A stretch of DNA of 64,000 bases from a bacterium (GTDB taxonomy: Bacteria; Bacillota; Clostridia; Lachnospirales; Lachnospiraceae): positions 2,098 through 66,097 of the forward strand of contig JAQYAI010000006.1 of NCBI GenBank assembly GCA_029227655.1, in the 5' to 3' direction. The notes under the pieces were generated by a model that searched no databases, was not told the origin of the DNA, and was given only the letters and a program-made list of their open reading frames with translations. Positions 63,451 through 64,000 of the stretch are shown one piece after another. Position numbers and translations under genes: made by a program. How positions within the stretch are numbered: position 1 is the first letter of the stretch; the number at the start of each line of letters is the position of its first letter.

Positions 63451-64000
63451 ATGGAAAATAAAATATATGTGGTGGGACATAAGAACCCGGACACGGATTC
63501 GATTTGTTCTGCAATTGCTTATGCAAATTTAAAAGAGAAGGTTACGGGGGTACATTATGAGCCAAGACGTGCAGGGGACGTAAGTGGTGAGACTGCATAT
63601 GTACTGGATAAATTTGGAATAGAGGCACCGAACTATTTAGAGAGTGTGCAGCTTCAGGTAAAGGACCTGGATATTCGTAAAATTGAGGGGATATCAGGAC
63701 AGATGTCCATACAGGAAGCATGGCAGCGCATGAAGAATGAGAATATGAAGACGCTTCCTGTGACAAGAGGCAGCAAGCTGGAAGGAATGATTACGATTGG
63801 AGATATTGCAGAATCGTACATGGAGGTTTACGACAATCATATCCTTTCCATGTCGAAAACGCAGTATCGCAATATTGCAAATACGATGGATGGAACCTTT
63901 GTGACAGGAAATGAGCACAGTTATTTCGTGAATGGTAAGGTCATGGTAGCTGCGTCAGAAGTCTCGCATATGGAAGAAGTCATTGAAAAGGATGACATGG
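63451..64000 (+). CDS. ppaC: Mn-dependent inorganic pyrophosphatase with CBS/DRTGG insert (3'-truncated)
   Basis: hand translation gives MENKIYVVGHKNPDTDSICSAIAYA...RAG..SGET, then a CBS domain (TLPVT..LEGMITIGDI); runs off the window and is not in the ORF track. Confidence 0.9.
   Translation, partial: MENKIYVVGHKNPDTDSICSAIAYANLKEKVTGVHYEPRRAGDVSGETAYVLDKFGIEAPNYLESVQLQVKDLDIRKIEGISGQMSIQEAWQRMKNENMKTLPVTRGSKLEGMITIGDIAESYMEVYDNHILSMSKTQYRNIANTMDGTFVTGNEHSYFVNGKVMVAASEVSHMEEVIEKDDM

Overview
A 64-kb chromosomal segment of a low-GC, spore-forming Firmicute; gene content and style point to Lachnospiraceae or related Clostridia (inference). Most of it is housekeeping: amino-acid biosynthesis (leuB-ilvD-ilvB-serC-serA; aroE; Phe T-box aroF-aroB; pheA; Val T-box ilvB-ilvN-ilvE), prs, der-plsY-gpsA-spoIVA, rnhA, RNase P RNA, pyrBI, tRNA/rRNA modification genes, rnj, an uninterrupted sigK, comM-dprA-topA-codY, CIRCE-groESL, marR-thyA-folA, hslO, nadE and a truncated CBS-pyrophosphatase. 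Two accessory inserts stand out. (1) A four-gene sortase-C pilus cassette between rnhA and rnpB whose predicted tip pilin carries an apparently intact NlpC/P60 cysteine-hydrolase domain (Cys212/His290/His306), suggesting a pilus-displayed cell-wall hydrolase. (2) An Rpn-like PD-(D/E)XK gene with an apparent in-frame deletion through the nuclease core that keeps an internal RBS+ATG for a 74-aa C-terminal, antitoxin-like product. No tRNA, rRNA, CRISPR array, integrase or intact IS was seen. All calls come from reading the sequence and recognising motifs; no database searches were run.
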